Part shown: positions 42,022 through 58,500 of the stretch, one piece after another
Layout: each line of letters opens with the position of its first letter
Numbering within the stretch: the first letter of the stretch is position 1
NCBI GenBank assembly: GCA_964016885.1
Contig: OZ024745.1
Coordinates: 7,626,001-7,690,000, forward strand
Source: Eledone cirrhosa
Lineage: Eukaryota
Reading direction: 5' to 3'
DNA length: 64,000 nt
Position numbers and translations under genes: made by a program
Notes under the pieces: generated by a model
What the model saw: the letters and a program-made list of their open reading frames with translations, nothing else
Told to the model about the DNA's origin: nothing
Databases searched by the model: none

Positions 42022-42788
42022 CACACACACTCATATATATATATAAATATATTTATGTGTGTGTGTGTATACAGTTACACACGTATATTCCACTTTATCA
42101 TATTATATAATTATAGAGCGATATCAGGCAATTACTCTCCCAAAGGATTTCATGTTAAATTCAATTAATTTTATTTTAACTTGGCCAATAATATTAGCTA
42201 AAGAGACAGCCAACGTATAATTACATAGAATATAAAACAGAAACCAATAGAGTGTTATTGAAGTATGAAGTAGCTAAGCTAGGCCAAACATATTTTTCTA
42301 TATACATTTATCACTCTCAGGCAATTATAGTTTTCTGGTTACTTACTGAAATATAATACTTATTGTGATATATATATTAAGTTTGCATAAATCCTAACAC
42401 ATACACACACATACCTCACGCACACACGGACACACACACTGACACAGACACAAACACTCACACAGATACACAAACACTCACACAGACACACAAACACTCA
42501 AACAGACACACACAGACACTCAAACAGACACACACACACACACTCACACAGACATACACAAATATAGATAACTACTGTCTACAGTCTAAACAATTTTGTA
42601 TAATACACACATACTCACACGCGTATATTTTAATATATATGTGTGTGTGTATGTGTGTATGTGTGTGCGTGTATGTGTGTGTGTATGTGTGTGCACATAT
42701 ATATATATATATACATAAACAGACACACACATATTTATATATACGTACATAAACACACACACGCACACACCCACACATATAATTTTAT

Positions 42789-42826
<38 letters not shown>

Positions 42827-42831
<5 letters not shown>

Positions 42832-42921
42832 AAAATGTTTACCCACTCTAGTGCCCTAAGTATTGAGTACTCTGCTGCGTTATGGTCCATCTGGTTCCTT
42901 ACCACACCTCCTTTTTTTTTT
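42827..42921 (+). mobile_element. Family A copy 5 (palindrome collapsed)
   Basis: An ATAGGAAAATG arm stub joined to the tail TTACCCACTCTA..TGGTTCCTTACCAC. Confidence 0.65.
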
Positions 42922-42971
42922 GGGGGGGGGGGGGTTTAAATAAGACTTAACTGCAAATAAATGAAGTCTTG

Positions 42972-45900
42972 AATATGAGGAGTAGTTAATATTACCAGTA
43001 ATATAAGGAGTAGTAAATATTACCAGTAATAAAACCAGTAGTTAATATTACCAGTAATATAATCAGTAGTTAAATTTACCAGTAATATGACGAGTACTAA
43101 ATATTACCAGTAATATAACCATTAGTTAATATTACCAGTAATATAAGGGGTAGTTAATATTACCAGTAATAAAACCAGTAGTTAATATTACCAGTAATAT
43201 AACCAGTAGTTAATATTAGCAGTAATATAAGGAGTAGTTAATATTACCAGTAATATAAGAAAACAATATTACTAGTAATATAACCAGTAGTTAATATTAC
43301 CAGTAATATAAGGAGTAGTTAATATAACCAGTAATATAATCAGTAGTTAATATTACCAGTAATATAATCAGTAGTTAATATTACCAGTAATATAATCAGT
43401 AGTTAATATTAGCAGTAATATAATCAGTAGTTAATATTAGCAGTAATATAATCAGTAGTTAATATTACCAGTAATATAAGAAACCAATATTAGTAGTAAT
43501 ATAACCAGTAGTTAATATTACCAGTAATATAAGGAGTAGTTAATGTTACCAGTAATATATGGAGTAGTTAATATTACCAGTAATATAATCAGTAGTTAAT
43601 ATTACCAGTAATATAATCAGTAGTTAAATTTACCAGTAATATGAGGAGTACTAAATATTACCAGTAATATAAGAAACCAATATTACCAGTAATATAAGAA
43701 AGCAATATTACTAGTAATATAACCAGTAGTTAATATTACCAGTAATATAAGGAATAGTTAATATTACCAGTAATATGAGGAGTAGTTAATATTACCAGTA
43801 TTATAAGAAAGCAATATTACTAGTAATATAACCAATAGTTAATATTAGTAGTAATATTACCAGTAGTTAATATTACCAGTAATATAACCAGTAGTTAATA
43901 TAACCAGTAATATAATCAGTACTTAACATTACCAGTATTATAATCAGTAGTTGATATTACCAGTAATATAAGGAGTAGTTAATATAACCAGTAATATAAT
44001 CAGAACTTAATATTACCAGTAATATAATCAGTAGTTGATATTACCAGTAATATAATCAGTAGTTAACATTACCAGTAATATAAGCAGTAGTTAACATTAC
44101 CAGTAATATAAGGAGTAGTTAATATTACCAGTAATATGAGGAGTAGTTAATATTACCAGTAATATAAGGAGTAGTTAATATTACCAGTAATATAATCAGT
44201 AGTTAATATTACCAGTAATATAATCATTAGTTAATATTACCAGTAATATAATCAGTAGTTAATATAACCAGTAATATAATCAGTAGTTAATATTACCAGT
44301 AATATAAGGAGTAGTTAATATTACCAGTAATATAATCAGTAGTTAATATTACCGGTAATATGAGGAGTAGTTAATATTACCAGTAATATAATCAGTAGTT
44401 AATATTACCAAAAATATAATCAGTAGTTAAAATTACCAGTAATATAATCAGTAGTTAATATTACCAGTAATATGAACAGTAGTTAATATTACCAGTAATA
44501 TAAGGAGTAGTTAATATTACCAGTAATATGAGGAGTAGTTAATATTACTAGTAATATGCTGAGTAGTTAATATTACCAGTAATATAGGGAGTAGTTAATA
44601 TCACCAGTAATATAATCAGTATTTAATATTACAAGTAATATAAGGAGTAGTTAATATAATCAGAAGTTAATATTACCAGTAATATAAGGGGTAGTTAATA
44701 TTACCAGTAATATAACCAGTAGTTAATATTACCAGTAATATAAGGAGTAGTTAATATTACCAGTAATATGAGGAGTAGTTAATATTACCAGTATTATAAG
44801 AAAGCAATATTACTAGTAATATAACCAATAGTTAATATTAGTAGTAATATTACCAGTAGTTAATATTACCAGTAATATAACCAGTAGTTAATATAACCAG
44901 TAATATAATCAGTACTTAACATTACCAGTATTATAATCAGTAGTTGATATTACCAGTAATATAAGGAGTAGTTAATATAACCAGTAATATAATCAGAACT
45001 TAATATTACCAGTAATATAATCAGTAGTTGATATTACCAGTAATATAATCAGTAGTTAACATTACCAGTAATAAAAGCAGTAGTTAACATTACCAGTAAG
45101 ATAAGGAGTAGTTAATATTACCAGTAATATGAGGAGTAGTTAATATTACCAGTAATATAACGAGTAGTTAATATTACCAGTAATATAATCAGTAGTTAAT
45201 ATTACCAGTAATATAATCATTAGTTAATATTACCAGTAATATAATCAGTAGTTAATATAACCAGTAATATAATCAGTAGTTAATATTACCAGTAATATAA
45301 GGAGTAGTTAATATTACCAGTAATATAATCAGTAGTTAATATTACCAAAAATATAATCAGTAGTTAAAATTACCAGTAATATAATCAGTAGTTAATATTA
45401 CCAGTAATATGAACAGTAGTTAATATTACCAGTAATATAAGGAGTAGTTAATATTACCAGTAATATGAGGAGTAGTTAATATTACTAGTAATATGCTGAG
45501 TAGTTAATATTACCAGTAATATAAGGAGTAGTTAATATCACCAGTAATATAATCAGTAGTTAATATTACAAGTAATATAAGGAGTAGTTAATATAATCAG
45601 AAGTTAATATTACCAGTAATATAAGGGGTAGTTAATATTACCAGTAATATAACCAGTAGTTAATATTACCAGTAATATAAGGAGTAGTTAATATTACCAG
45701 TAATATAAGGAGTAGTTAATATTACTAGTAATATAATCAGTAGTTAATATAACCAGTAATATAAGGAGTAGTTAATATCACCAGTAATATAACCAGTATG
45801 TAATATTACCAGTAATATAAGGAGTAGTTAACATTACCAGTAATATAATCAGTAGTTAATATAACCAGTAATATAACAAGTAGTTAATATTACCAGTAAT

Positions 45901-46496
45901 ATGAGGAGTAGTTAATATTACCAGTAATATAATCAGTAGTTAATATTACCAGTAATATAATCAGTAGTTAATGTTACCAGTAATATAACAAGTAGTTAAT
46001 ATTACCAGTAATATAACAAGTAGTTAATATTACCAGTAATATAATCAGTAGTTAATGTTACCAGTAATATAACAAGTAGTTAATATTACCAGTAATATAA
46101 CAAGTAGTTAATATTACCAGTAATATAACAAGTAGTTAATATTACCAGTAATATAACAAGTAGTTAATATTACCAGTATTATAGCAAGTAGTTAATATTA
46201 CCAGTAATATAACAAGTAGTTAATATTACCAGTAATATAACAAGTAGTTAATATTACCAGTAATATAATCAGTAGTTAATATTACCAGTAATATAACAAG
46301 TAGTTAATATTACCAGTATTATAACAAGTAGTTAATATTACCAGTAATATAACAAGTAGTTAATATTACCAGTAATATAACAAGTAGTTAATATTACCAG
46401 TAATATAATCAGTAGTTAATATTACCAGTAATATAATCAGTAGTTAATATTACCAGTAATATAAGGAGTAGTTAATATTACCAGTAATATAAACCA
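42972..46496. repeat. 28-bp AT-rich satellite (about 125 units)
   Basis: agtagttaatattaccagtaatataa(gg/tc/cc/ca). Confidence 0.97.
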
Positions 46497-46525
46497 GGCG
46501 AAATGGCTCAACGTTCGCTGATGGC

Positions 46526-49500
46526 ACAGTGTTCATGATATTATCTACCATGACAGTGTTCATGATACTATCTACCATGACAGTGTTCCTGATACTATCT
46601 ACCATGACAGTGTTCATGATACTATCAACCATGACAGTTTTCCTGATACTATCTACCATGACAGTGTTAATGATATTATCTACCATGACAGTGTTCCTGA
46701 TATTATCTACCATGACAGTGTTCATGATACTATCTACCATGACAGTGTTCATGATATTATCTACCTATCTACCATGACAGTGTTCATGATACTTTCTACC
46801 ATGACAGTGTTCCTGATATTACCTACCATGGCTGTGTTCCTGATATTATCTACAATGACAGTGTTCCTGATATTATCTACCATGAAAGTGTTCATGATAT
46901 TATCTACCATGACAGTGTTCATGATATTATCTACCATGACAGTGTTCCTGATATTATCTACCATGACAGTGTTCATGATATTATCTACCATGACAGTGTT
47001 CATGATACTTTCTACCATGACAGTGTTCATGATATTAGCTACAATGACAGTGTTCATGATATTATCTACCATGACAGTGTTCATGATATTATCTACAATG
47101 ACAGTGTTCATGATATTATCTACCATGACAGTGTTCATGATACTATCTATCATGACAGTCTTCATGAGTCTATCTACCATGACAGTGTTCATGATATTAT
47201 CTACCATGACAGTGTTCATGACATTATCTACCATGACAGTGTTCATGATATTATCTACCATGACAGTGTTCATGATACTTTCTACCATGACAGTGTTCAT
47301 GATATTATCTACAATGACAGTGTTCATGATATTATCTACAATGACAGTGTTCATGATAGTATCTACAATGACAGTGTTCATGATATTATATACCCTGACA
47401 GTGTTCCTGATATTATCTACGATGGCAGTGTTCATGATATTGTCTACCATGACAGTGTTCATATATACTATCTACCATGACAGTGTTCCTGATATTATCT
47501 ACCATGACAGTGTTCATATATACTATCTACCATGACAGTGTTAATGATATTATCTACCATGACAGTGTTCATGATACTATCTACGATGACAGTGTTCATG
47601 ATATTTTCTACCATGACAGTGTTCATGATATTATCTACAATGACAGTGTTCATTATATTATCTAACACGACAGTGTTCCTGATATTATCTACCATGACAG
47701 TGTTCATGATATTATCTACCATGACAGTGTTCATGATACTATCTACGATGACAGTGTTCATGATATTATCTACCATGACAGTGTTCATGATACTTTCTAC
47801 CATGGAAGTGTTCATGATATTATCTACAATGACAGTGTTCATGATACTATCTACCATGACAGTGTTCATGATATTATCTACCATGACAGTGTTCATGATA
47901 CTTTCTACCATGGAATTGTTCATGATATTATCTACCATGACAGTGTTCATGATACTATCTACCATGACAGTGTTCATGATACTATCTACCATGACAGTGT
48001 TCATGATATTATCTACCATGACAGTGTTCATGATATTATCTACCATGACAGTGTTCATGATATTATCTACCATGACAGTGTTCATGATATTATCTACCAT
48101 GACAGTGTTCATGATATTATCTACCATGACAGTGTTCATGATATTATCTACCATGACAGTGTTCATGATTTTATCTACCATGACAGTGTTCATGATATTA
48201 TCTACCATGACAGTGTTCATGATACTTTCTACCATGACAGTGTTAATGATATTATCTACCATGACAGTGTTAATGATATTATATACAACGACAGTGTTCA
48301 TGATATTATCTGCCATGACAGTGTTCATGATATTATCTACCATGACAGTGTTCGTGATACTATCTACCATGACAGTGTTCATGATACTATCTCCCATGAC
48401 AGTGTTCATGATATTTTCTAACATGACAGTGTTCATGATACTTTCTACCACGGCAGTGTTAATGATATTATCTACCATGACAGTGTTCATGATACTATTT
48501 ACCATGACAGTGTTCATGAGTCTATCTACCATGACAGTGTTCATGATATTATCTACCATGACAGTGTTCATGATACTATCTACCATGACAGTGTTCATGA
48601 TATTATCTACCATGACAGTGTTCATGATATTATCTACCATGACAGTGTTCATGATATTATCTACCATGACAGTGTTCATGATACTATCTACCATGACAGT
48701 GTTCATGATATTATCTACCCTGACAGTGTTCATGAAATTATCTACCATGACAGTGTTCATGATATTATCTACCATGACAGTGTTCATGATACTATCTACC
48801 ATGACAGTGTTCCTGATATTATCTACCATGACAGTGTTCATGATATTATCTACCATGACAGTGTTCATGATATTATCTACCATGACAGTGTTCATGACAT
48901 TATCTACGATGACAGTGTTCATGATACTATCTACCCTGACAGTGTTCATGATATTATCTACCATGACAGTGTTCATGATATTATCTACCATGACAGTGTT
49001 CATGATACTATCTACCATGACAGTGTTCATGATATTATCTACCATGACAGTGTTCCTGATACTATCTACCATTACAGTGTTCATGATATTATCTACCATG
49101 ACAGTGTTCATGATACTATCTACCATGACAGTGTTCATGATACTATCTACCATGACAGTGTTCATGGTATTATCTACCATGACAGTGTTCCTGATACTAT
49201 CTACCATGACAGTGTTCATGATATTATCTACCATGACAGTGTTCCTGATACTATCTACCATGACAGTGTTCATGATATTATCTACCATGACAGTGTTCAT
49301 GATATTATATACCATGACAGTGTTCATGATATTATCTACCATGACAGTGTTCATGATATTATCTACCATGACAGTGTTCATGATATTATCTACCATGACA
49401 GTGTTCATGATATTATCTACGATGACAGTGTTCCTGATACTATCTACCATGACAGTGTTCATGATATTATCTACCATGACAGTGTTCATGATATTATCTA

Positions 49501-52500
49501 CCATGACAGTGTTCATGATACTATCTACCATGACAGTGTTCATGATATTATCTACCATGACAGTGTTCATGATATTATGTACCATGACAGTGTTCATGAT
49601 ATTATCTACCATGACAGTGTTCATGATATTATCTACCATGACAGTGTTCATGATATTATCTACCATGACAGTGTTCATGATATTATCTACGATGACAGTG
49701 TTCCTGATACTATCTACCATGACAGTGTTCATGATATTATCTACCATGACAGTGTTCATGATACTCTCTACCATGACAGTGTTCATGGTATTATCTACCA
49801 TGACAGTGTTCATGATATTATCTACCATGACAGTGTTCATGATATTATCTACCATGACAGTGTTCATGATATTATCTACGATGACAGTGTTCCTGATACT
49901 ATCTACCATGACAGTGTTCATGATATTATCTACCATGACAGTGTTCATGATCTTATCTACCATGACAGTGTTCATGATACTATCTACCATGACAGTGTTC
50001 ATGATATTATCTACCATGACAGTGTTCATGATATTCTCTACCATGACAGTGTTCATGATACTATCTACCATGACAGTGTTCATGATATTATCTACGATGT
50101 CAGTGTTCCTGATACTATCTACCATGACAGTGTTCATGATATTATCTACCATGACAGTGTTCATGATACTATCTACAATGACAGTGTTCATGATATTATC
50201 TACCATGACAGTGTTCATGATATTATCTACCATGACAGTGTTCATGATATTATCTACCATGACAGTGTTCATGATATTATCTACCATGACAGTGTTCCTG
50301 ATACTATCTACCATGACAGTGTTCATGATATTATCTACCATGACAGTGTTCATGATATTATCTACCACGACAGTGTTCATGAAATTCTCTACCATGACAG
50401 TGTTCATGATACTATCTACAATGACAGTGTTCATGATACTATCTACCATGACAGTTTTCATGATATTATCTACCATGACAGTGTTCATGATATTCTCTAC
50501 CATGACAGTGTTCATGATACTATCTACAATGACAGTGTTCATGATACTATCTACCATGACAGTGTTCATGATATTATCTACCATGACAGTGTTCATGATA
50601 TTATCTACCATGACAGTGTTCATGATATTATCTACCATGACAGTGTTCATGATATTATCTACCATGACAGTGTTCATGATACTATCTACAATGACAGTGT
50701 TCATGATACTATCTACCATGACAGTGTTCATGATATTATCTACCATGACAGTGTTCATGATATTATCTACCATGACAGTGTTCATGATATTCTCTACAAT
50801 GACAGTGTTCATGATACTATCTACAATGACAGTGTTCATGATACGATCTACCATGACAGTGTTCATGATATTATCTACCATGACAGTGTTCATGATATTA
50901 TCTACCATGACAGTGTTCATGATATTATCTACCATGACAGTGTTCATGATATTCTCTACCATGACAGTGCTCATGATATTATCTACCATGACAGTGTTCA
51001 TGATATTCTCTACCATGACAGTGCTCATGATATTATCTACCATGACAGTGTTCATGATACTATCTACCATGACAGTGTTCATGATATTATCTACCATGAC
51101 AGTGTTCATGATATTATCTACCATGACAGTGTTCATGATATTATCTACCACGACAGTGTTCATGATATTATCTACCATGATAGTGTTCATGATATTATCT
51201 ACCATGACAGTGTTCATGATATTATCTACCATGACAGTGTTAATGATATTATCTACCATGACAGTGTTCATGATACTATCTACCATGACAGTGTTCATGA
51301 TATTATCTACCATGACAGTGTTCATGATATTCTCTACCATGACAGTGTTCATGATACTATCTACCATGACAGTGTTAATGATATTATCTACCATGACAGT
51401 GTTCCTGATATTATCTACCATGGCTGTGTTCATGATATTATCTACGATGTCAGTGTTCCTGATACTATCTACCATGACAGTGTTCATGATATTATCTACC
51501 ATGACAGTGTTCATGATATTATCTACCATGACAGTGTTCATGATACTATCTACCATGACAGTGTTCATGATATTATCTACCATGACAGTGTTCATGATAT
51601 TATCTACCATGACAGTGTTCATGATATTATCTACCATGACAGTGTTCATGATATTATCTACGATGACAGTGTTCCTGATACTATCTACCATGACAGTGTT
51701 CATGATATTATCTACCATGACAGTGTTCATGATATTCTCTACCATGACAGTGTTCATGATACTATCTACAATGACAGTGTTCATGATACTATCTACCATG
51801 ACAGTGTTCATGATATTATCTACCATGACAGTGTTCATGATATTATCTACCATGACAGTGTTCATGATATTATCTACCATGACAGTGTTCATGATATTAT
51901 CTACCATGACAGTGTTCATGATATTATCTACCATGACAGTGTTCATGATATTATCTACCATGACAGTGTTAATGATATTATCTACCATGACAGTGTGCAT
52001 GATACTATCTACCATGACAGTGTTCATGATATTATCTACCATGACAGTGTTCATGATATTATCTACCATGACAGTGTTCATGATACTTTCTACCATGACA
52101 GTGTTAATGATATTATCTACCATGACAGTGTTAATGATATTATATACAACGACAGTGTTCATGATATTATCTGCCATGACAGTGTTCATGATATTATCTA
52201 CCATGACAGTGTTCGTGATACTATCTACCATGACAGTGTTCATGATACTATCTCCCATGACAGTGTTCATGATATTTTCTAACATGACAGTGTTCATGAT
52301 ACTTTCTACCACGGCAGTGTTAATGATATTATCTACCATGACAGTGTTCATGATACTATTTACCATGACAGTGTTCATGAGTCTATCTACCATGACAGTG
52401 TTCATGATATTATCTACCATGACAGTGTTCATGATACTATCTACCATGACAGTGTTCATGATATTATCTACCATGACAGTGTTCATGATATTATCTACCA

Positions 52501-55500
52501 TGACAGTGTTCATGATATTATCTACCATGACAGTGTTCATGATACTATCTACGATGACAGTGTTCATGATACTATCTACCCTGACAGTGTTCATGATATT
52601 ATCTACCATGACAGTGTTCATGATATTATCTACCATGACAGTGTTCATGATACTATCTACCATGACAGTGTTCATGATATTATCTACCATGACAGTGTTC
52701 CTGATACTATCTACCATTACAGTGTTCATGATATTATCTACCATGACAGTGTTCATGATACTATCTACCATGACAGTGTTCATGATACTATCTACCATGA
52801 CAGTGTTCATGGTATTATCTACCATGACAGTGTTCCTGATACTATCTACCATGACAGTGTTCATGATATTATCTACCATGACAGTGTTCCTGATACTATC
52901 TACCATGACAGTGTTCATGATATTATCTACCATGACAGTGTTCATGATATTATATACCATGACAGTGTTCATGATATTATCTACCATGACAGTGTTCATG
53001 ATATTATCTACCATGACAGTGTTCATGATATTATCTACCATGACAGTGTTCATGATATTATCTACGATGACAGTGTTCCTGATACTATCTACCATGACAG
53101 TGTTCATGATATTATCTACCATGACAGTGTTCATGATACTATCTACCATGACAGTGTTCATGATATTATCTACCATGACAGTGTTCATGATATTATCTAC
53201 CATGACAGTGTTCATGATATTATCTACGATGACAGTGTTCCTGATACTATCTACCATGACAGTGTTCATGATATTATCTACCATGACAGTGTTCATGATA
53301 TTATCTACCATGACAGTGTTCATGATATTATCTACCATGACAGTGTTCATGATATTATCTACGATGACAGTGTTCCTGATACTATCTACCATGACAGTGT
53401 TCATGATATTATCTACCATGACAGTGTTCATGATCTTATCTACCATGACAGTGTTCATGATACTATCTACCATGACAGTGTTCATGATATTATCTACCAT
53501 GACAGTGTTCATGATATTCTCTACCATGACAGTGTTCATGATACTATCTACCATGACAGTGTTCATGATATTATCTACGATGTCAGTGTTCCTGATACTA
53601 TCTACCATGACAGTGTTCATGATATTATCTACCATGACAGTGTTCATGATATTATCTACCATGACAGTGTTCATGATACTATCTACAATGACAGTGTTCA
53701 TGATATTATCTACCATGACAGTGTTCATGATATTATCTACCATGACAGTGTTCATGATATTATCTACCATGACAGTGTTCATGATATTATCTACGATGAC
53801 AGTGTTCCTGATACTATCTACCATGACAGTGTTCATGATATTATCTACCATGACAGTGTTCATGATATTATCTACCACGACAGTGTTCATGATATTCTCT
53901 ACCATGACAGTGTTCATGATACTATCTACAATGACAGTGTTCATGATACTATCTACCATGACAGTTTTCATGATATTATCTACCATGACAGTGTTCATGA
54001 TATTCTCTACCATGACAGTGTTCATGATACTATCTACAATGACAGTGTTCATGATACTATCTACCATGACAGTGTTCATGATATTATCTACCATGGAAGT
54101 GTTCATGATATTATCTACCATGACAGTGTTCATGATATTATCTACCATGACAGTGTTCATGATACTATCTACAATGACAGTGTTCATGATACTATCTACC
54201 ATGACAGTGTTCATGATATTATCTACCATGACAGTGTTCATGATATTATCTACCATGACAGTGTTCATGATATTCTCTACAATGACAGTGTTCATGATAC
54301 TATCTACAATGACAGTGTTCATGATACGATCTACCATGACAGTGTTCATGATATTATCTACCATGACAGTGTTCATGATATTATCTACCATGACAGTGTT
54401 CATGATATTATCTACCATGACAGTGTTCATGATATTCTCTACCATGACAGTGCTCATGATATTATCTACCATGACAGTGTTCATGATACTATCTACCATG
54501 ACAGTGTTCATGATATTATCTACCATGACAGTGTTCATGATATTATCTACCATGACAGTGTTCATGATATTATCTACCACGACAGTGTTCATGATATTAT
54601 CTACCATGATAGTGTTCATGATATTATCTACCATGACAGTGTTCATGATATTATCTACCATGACAGTGTTAATGATATTATCTACCATGACAGTGTTCAT
54701 GATACTATCTACCATGACAGTGTTCATGATATTATCTACCATGACAGTGTTCATGATATTCTCTACCATGACAGTGTTCATGATACTATCTACCATGACA
54801 GTGTTAATGATATTATCTACCATGACAGTGTTCCTGATATTATCTACCATGGCTGTGTTCATGATATTATCTACGATGTCAGTGTTCCTGATACTATCTA
54901 CCATGACAGTGTTCATGATATTATCTACCATGACAGTGTTCATGATATTATCTACCATGACAGTGTTCATGATACTATCTACCATGACAGTGTTCATGAT
55001 ATTATCTACCATGACAGTGTTCATGATATTATCTACCATGACAGTGTTCATGATATTATCTACCATGACAGTGTTCATGATATTATCTACGATGACAGTG
55101 TTCCTGAAACTATCTACCATGACAGTGTTCATGATATTATCTACCATGACAGTGTTCATGATATTCTCTACCATGACAGTGTTCATGATACTATCTACAA
55201 TGACAGTGTTCATGATACTATCTACCATGACAGTGTTCATGATATTATCTACCATGACAGTGTTCATGATATTATCTACCATGACAGTGTTCATGATATT
55301 ATCTACCATGACAGTGTTCATGATATTATCTACCATGACAGTGTTCATGATATTATCTACCATGACAGTGTTCATGATATTATCTACCATGGCTGTGTTC
55401 ATGATATTATCTACGATGTCAGTGTTCCTGATACTATCTACCATGACAGTGTTCATGATATTATCTACCATGACAGTGTTCATGATATTCTCTACCATGA

Positions 55501-58500
55501 CAGTGTTCATGATATTATCTACCATGACAGTGTTCATGATATTCTCTACCGTGACAGTGTTCATGATATTATCTACCATGACAGTGTTCATGATATTATC
55601 TACCATGACAGTTTTTCTGATACTATCTACCATGACAGTGTTAATGATATTATCTACCATGACAGTGTTCCTGATATTATCTACCATGGCTGTGTTCATG
55701 ATATTATCTACGATGACAGTGTTCCTGATACTATCTACCATGACAGTGTTCATGATATTATCTACCAAGACAGTGTTCATGATACTATCTACCATGACAG
55801 TGTTCATGATATTATCTACCATGACAGTGTTCATGATATTATCTACCATGACAGTGTTCATGATATTATCTACCATGACAGTGTTCATGATATTATCTAC
55901 GATGACAGTGTTCCTGATACTATCTACCATGACAGTGTTCATGATATTATCTACCATGACAGTGTTCATGATATTCTCTACCATGACAGTGTTCATGATA
56001 CTATCTACCATGACAGTGTTCATGATATTATCTACGATGTCAGTGTTCCTGATACTATCTACCATGACAGTGTTCATGATATTATCTACCATGACAGTGT
56101 TCATGATATTATCTACCATGACAGTGTTCATGATACTATCTACCATGACAGTGTTCATGATGTTATCTACCATGACGGTGTTCATGATATTATCTACCAT
56201 GACAGTGTTCATGATATTATCTACCATGACAGTGTTCATGATATTATCTACGATGACAGTGTTCCTGATACTATCTACCATGACAGTGTTCATGATATTA
56301 TCTACCATGACAGTGTTCATGATATTATCTACCACGACAGTGTTCATGATATTCTCTACCATGACAGTGTTCATGATACTATCTACAATGACAGTGTTCA
56401 TGATACTATCTACCATGACAGTGTTCAAGATATTATCTACCATGACAGTGTTCATGATATTCTCTACCATGACAGTGTTCATGATACTATCTACAATGAC
56501 AGTGTTCATGATACTATCTACCATGACAGTGTTCATGATATTATCTACCATGACAGTGTTCATGATATTATCTACCATGACAGTGTTCATGATATTCTCT
56601 ACCATGACAGTGTTCATGATACTATCTACAATGACAGTGTTCATGATACTATCTACCATGACAGTGTTCATGATATTATCTACGATGACCGTGTTCATGA
56701 TACTATCTACCATGACAGTGTTCGTGATATTATCTACCATGACAGTGTTCATGATATTCTCTACCATGACAGTGTTAATGATACTATCTACCATGACAGT
56801 GTTAATGATATTATCTACCATGACAGTGTTCCTGATATTATCTACCATGGCTGTGTTCATGATATTATCTACGATGTCAGTGTTCCTGATACTATCTACC
56901 ATGACAGTGTTCATGATATTATCTACCATGACAGTGTTCATGATATTATCTACCATGACAGTGTTCATGATACTATCTACCATGACAGTGTTCATGATAT
57001 TATCTACCATGACAGTGTTCATGATATTATCTACCATGACAGTGTTCATGATATTATCTACCATGACAGTGTTCATGATATTATCTACGATGACAGTGTT
57101 CCTGAAACTATCTACCATGACAGTGTTCATGATATTATCTACCATGACAGTGTTCATGATATTCTCTACCATGACAGTGTTCATGATACTATCTACAATG
57201 ACAGTGTTCATGATACTATCTACCATGACAGTGTTCATGATATTATCTACCATGACAGTGTTCATGATATTATCTACCATGACAGTGTTCATGATATTAT
57301 CTACCATGACAGTGTTCATGATATTATCTACCATGACAGTGTTCATGATATTATCTACCATGACAGTGTTCATGATATTATCTACCATGACAGTGTTAAT
57401 GATATTATCTACCATGACAGTGTGCATGATACTATCTACCATGACAGTGTTCATGATATTATCTACCATGACAGTGTTCATGATATTCTCTACCATGACA
57501 GTGTTCATGATATTATCTACCATGACAGTGTTCATGATATTCTCTACCGTGACAGTGTTCATGATATTATCTACCATGACAGTGTTCATGATATTATCTA
57601 CCATGACAGTTTTTCTGATACTATCTACCATGACAGTGTTAATGATATTATCTACCATGACAGTGTTCCTGATATTATCTACCATGGCTGTGTTCATGAT
57701 ATTATCTACGATGACAGTGTTCCTGATACTATCTACCATGACAGTGTTCATGATATTATCTACCAAGACAGTGTTCATGATACTATCTACCATGACAGTG
57801 TTCATGATATTATCTACCATGACAGTGTTCATGATATTATCTACCATGACAGTGTTCATGATATTATCTACCATGACAGTGTTCATGATATTATCTACGA
57901 TGACAGTGTTCCTGATACTATCTACCATGACAGTGTTCATGATATTATCTACCATGACAGTGTTCATGATATTCTCTACCATGACAGTGTTCATGATACT
58001 ATCTACCATGACAGTGTTCATGATATTATCTACGATGTCAGTGTTCCTGATACTATCTACCATGACAGTGTTCATGATATTATCTACCATGACAGTGTTC
58101 ATGATATTATCTACCATGACAGTGTTCATGATACTATCTACCATGACAGTGTTCATGATGTTATCTACCATGACGGTGTTCATGATATTATCTACCATGA
58201 CAGTGTTCATGATATTATCTACCATGACAGTGTTCATGATATTATCTACGATGACAGTGTTCCTGATACTATCTACCATGACAGTGTTCATGATATTATC
58301 TACCATGACAGTGTTCATGATATTATCTACCACGACAGTGTTCATGATATTCTCTACCATGACAGTGTTCATGATACTATCTACAATGACAGTGTTCATG
58401 ATACTATCTACCATGACAGTGTTCAAGATATTATCTACCATGACAGTGTTCATGATATTCTCTACCATGACAGTGTTCATGATACTATCTACAATGACAG

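Noticed and set aside
46496-46530. Permuted hammerhead at the satellite junction (GAAA..CTGATGG)
   Set aside because: Core mismatch, and no stem I or stem III can be formed.
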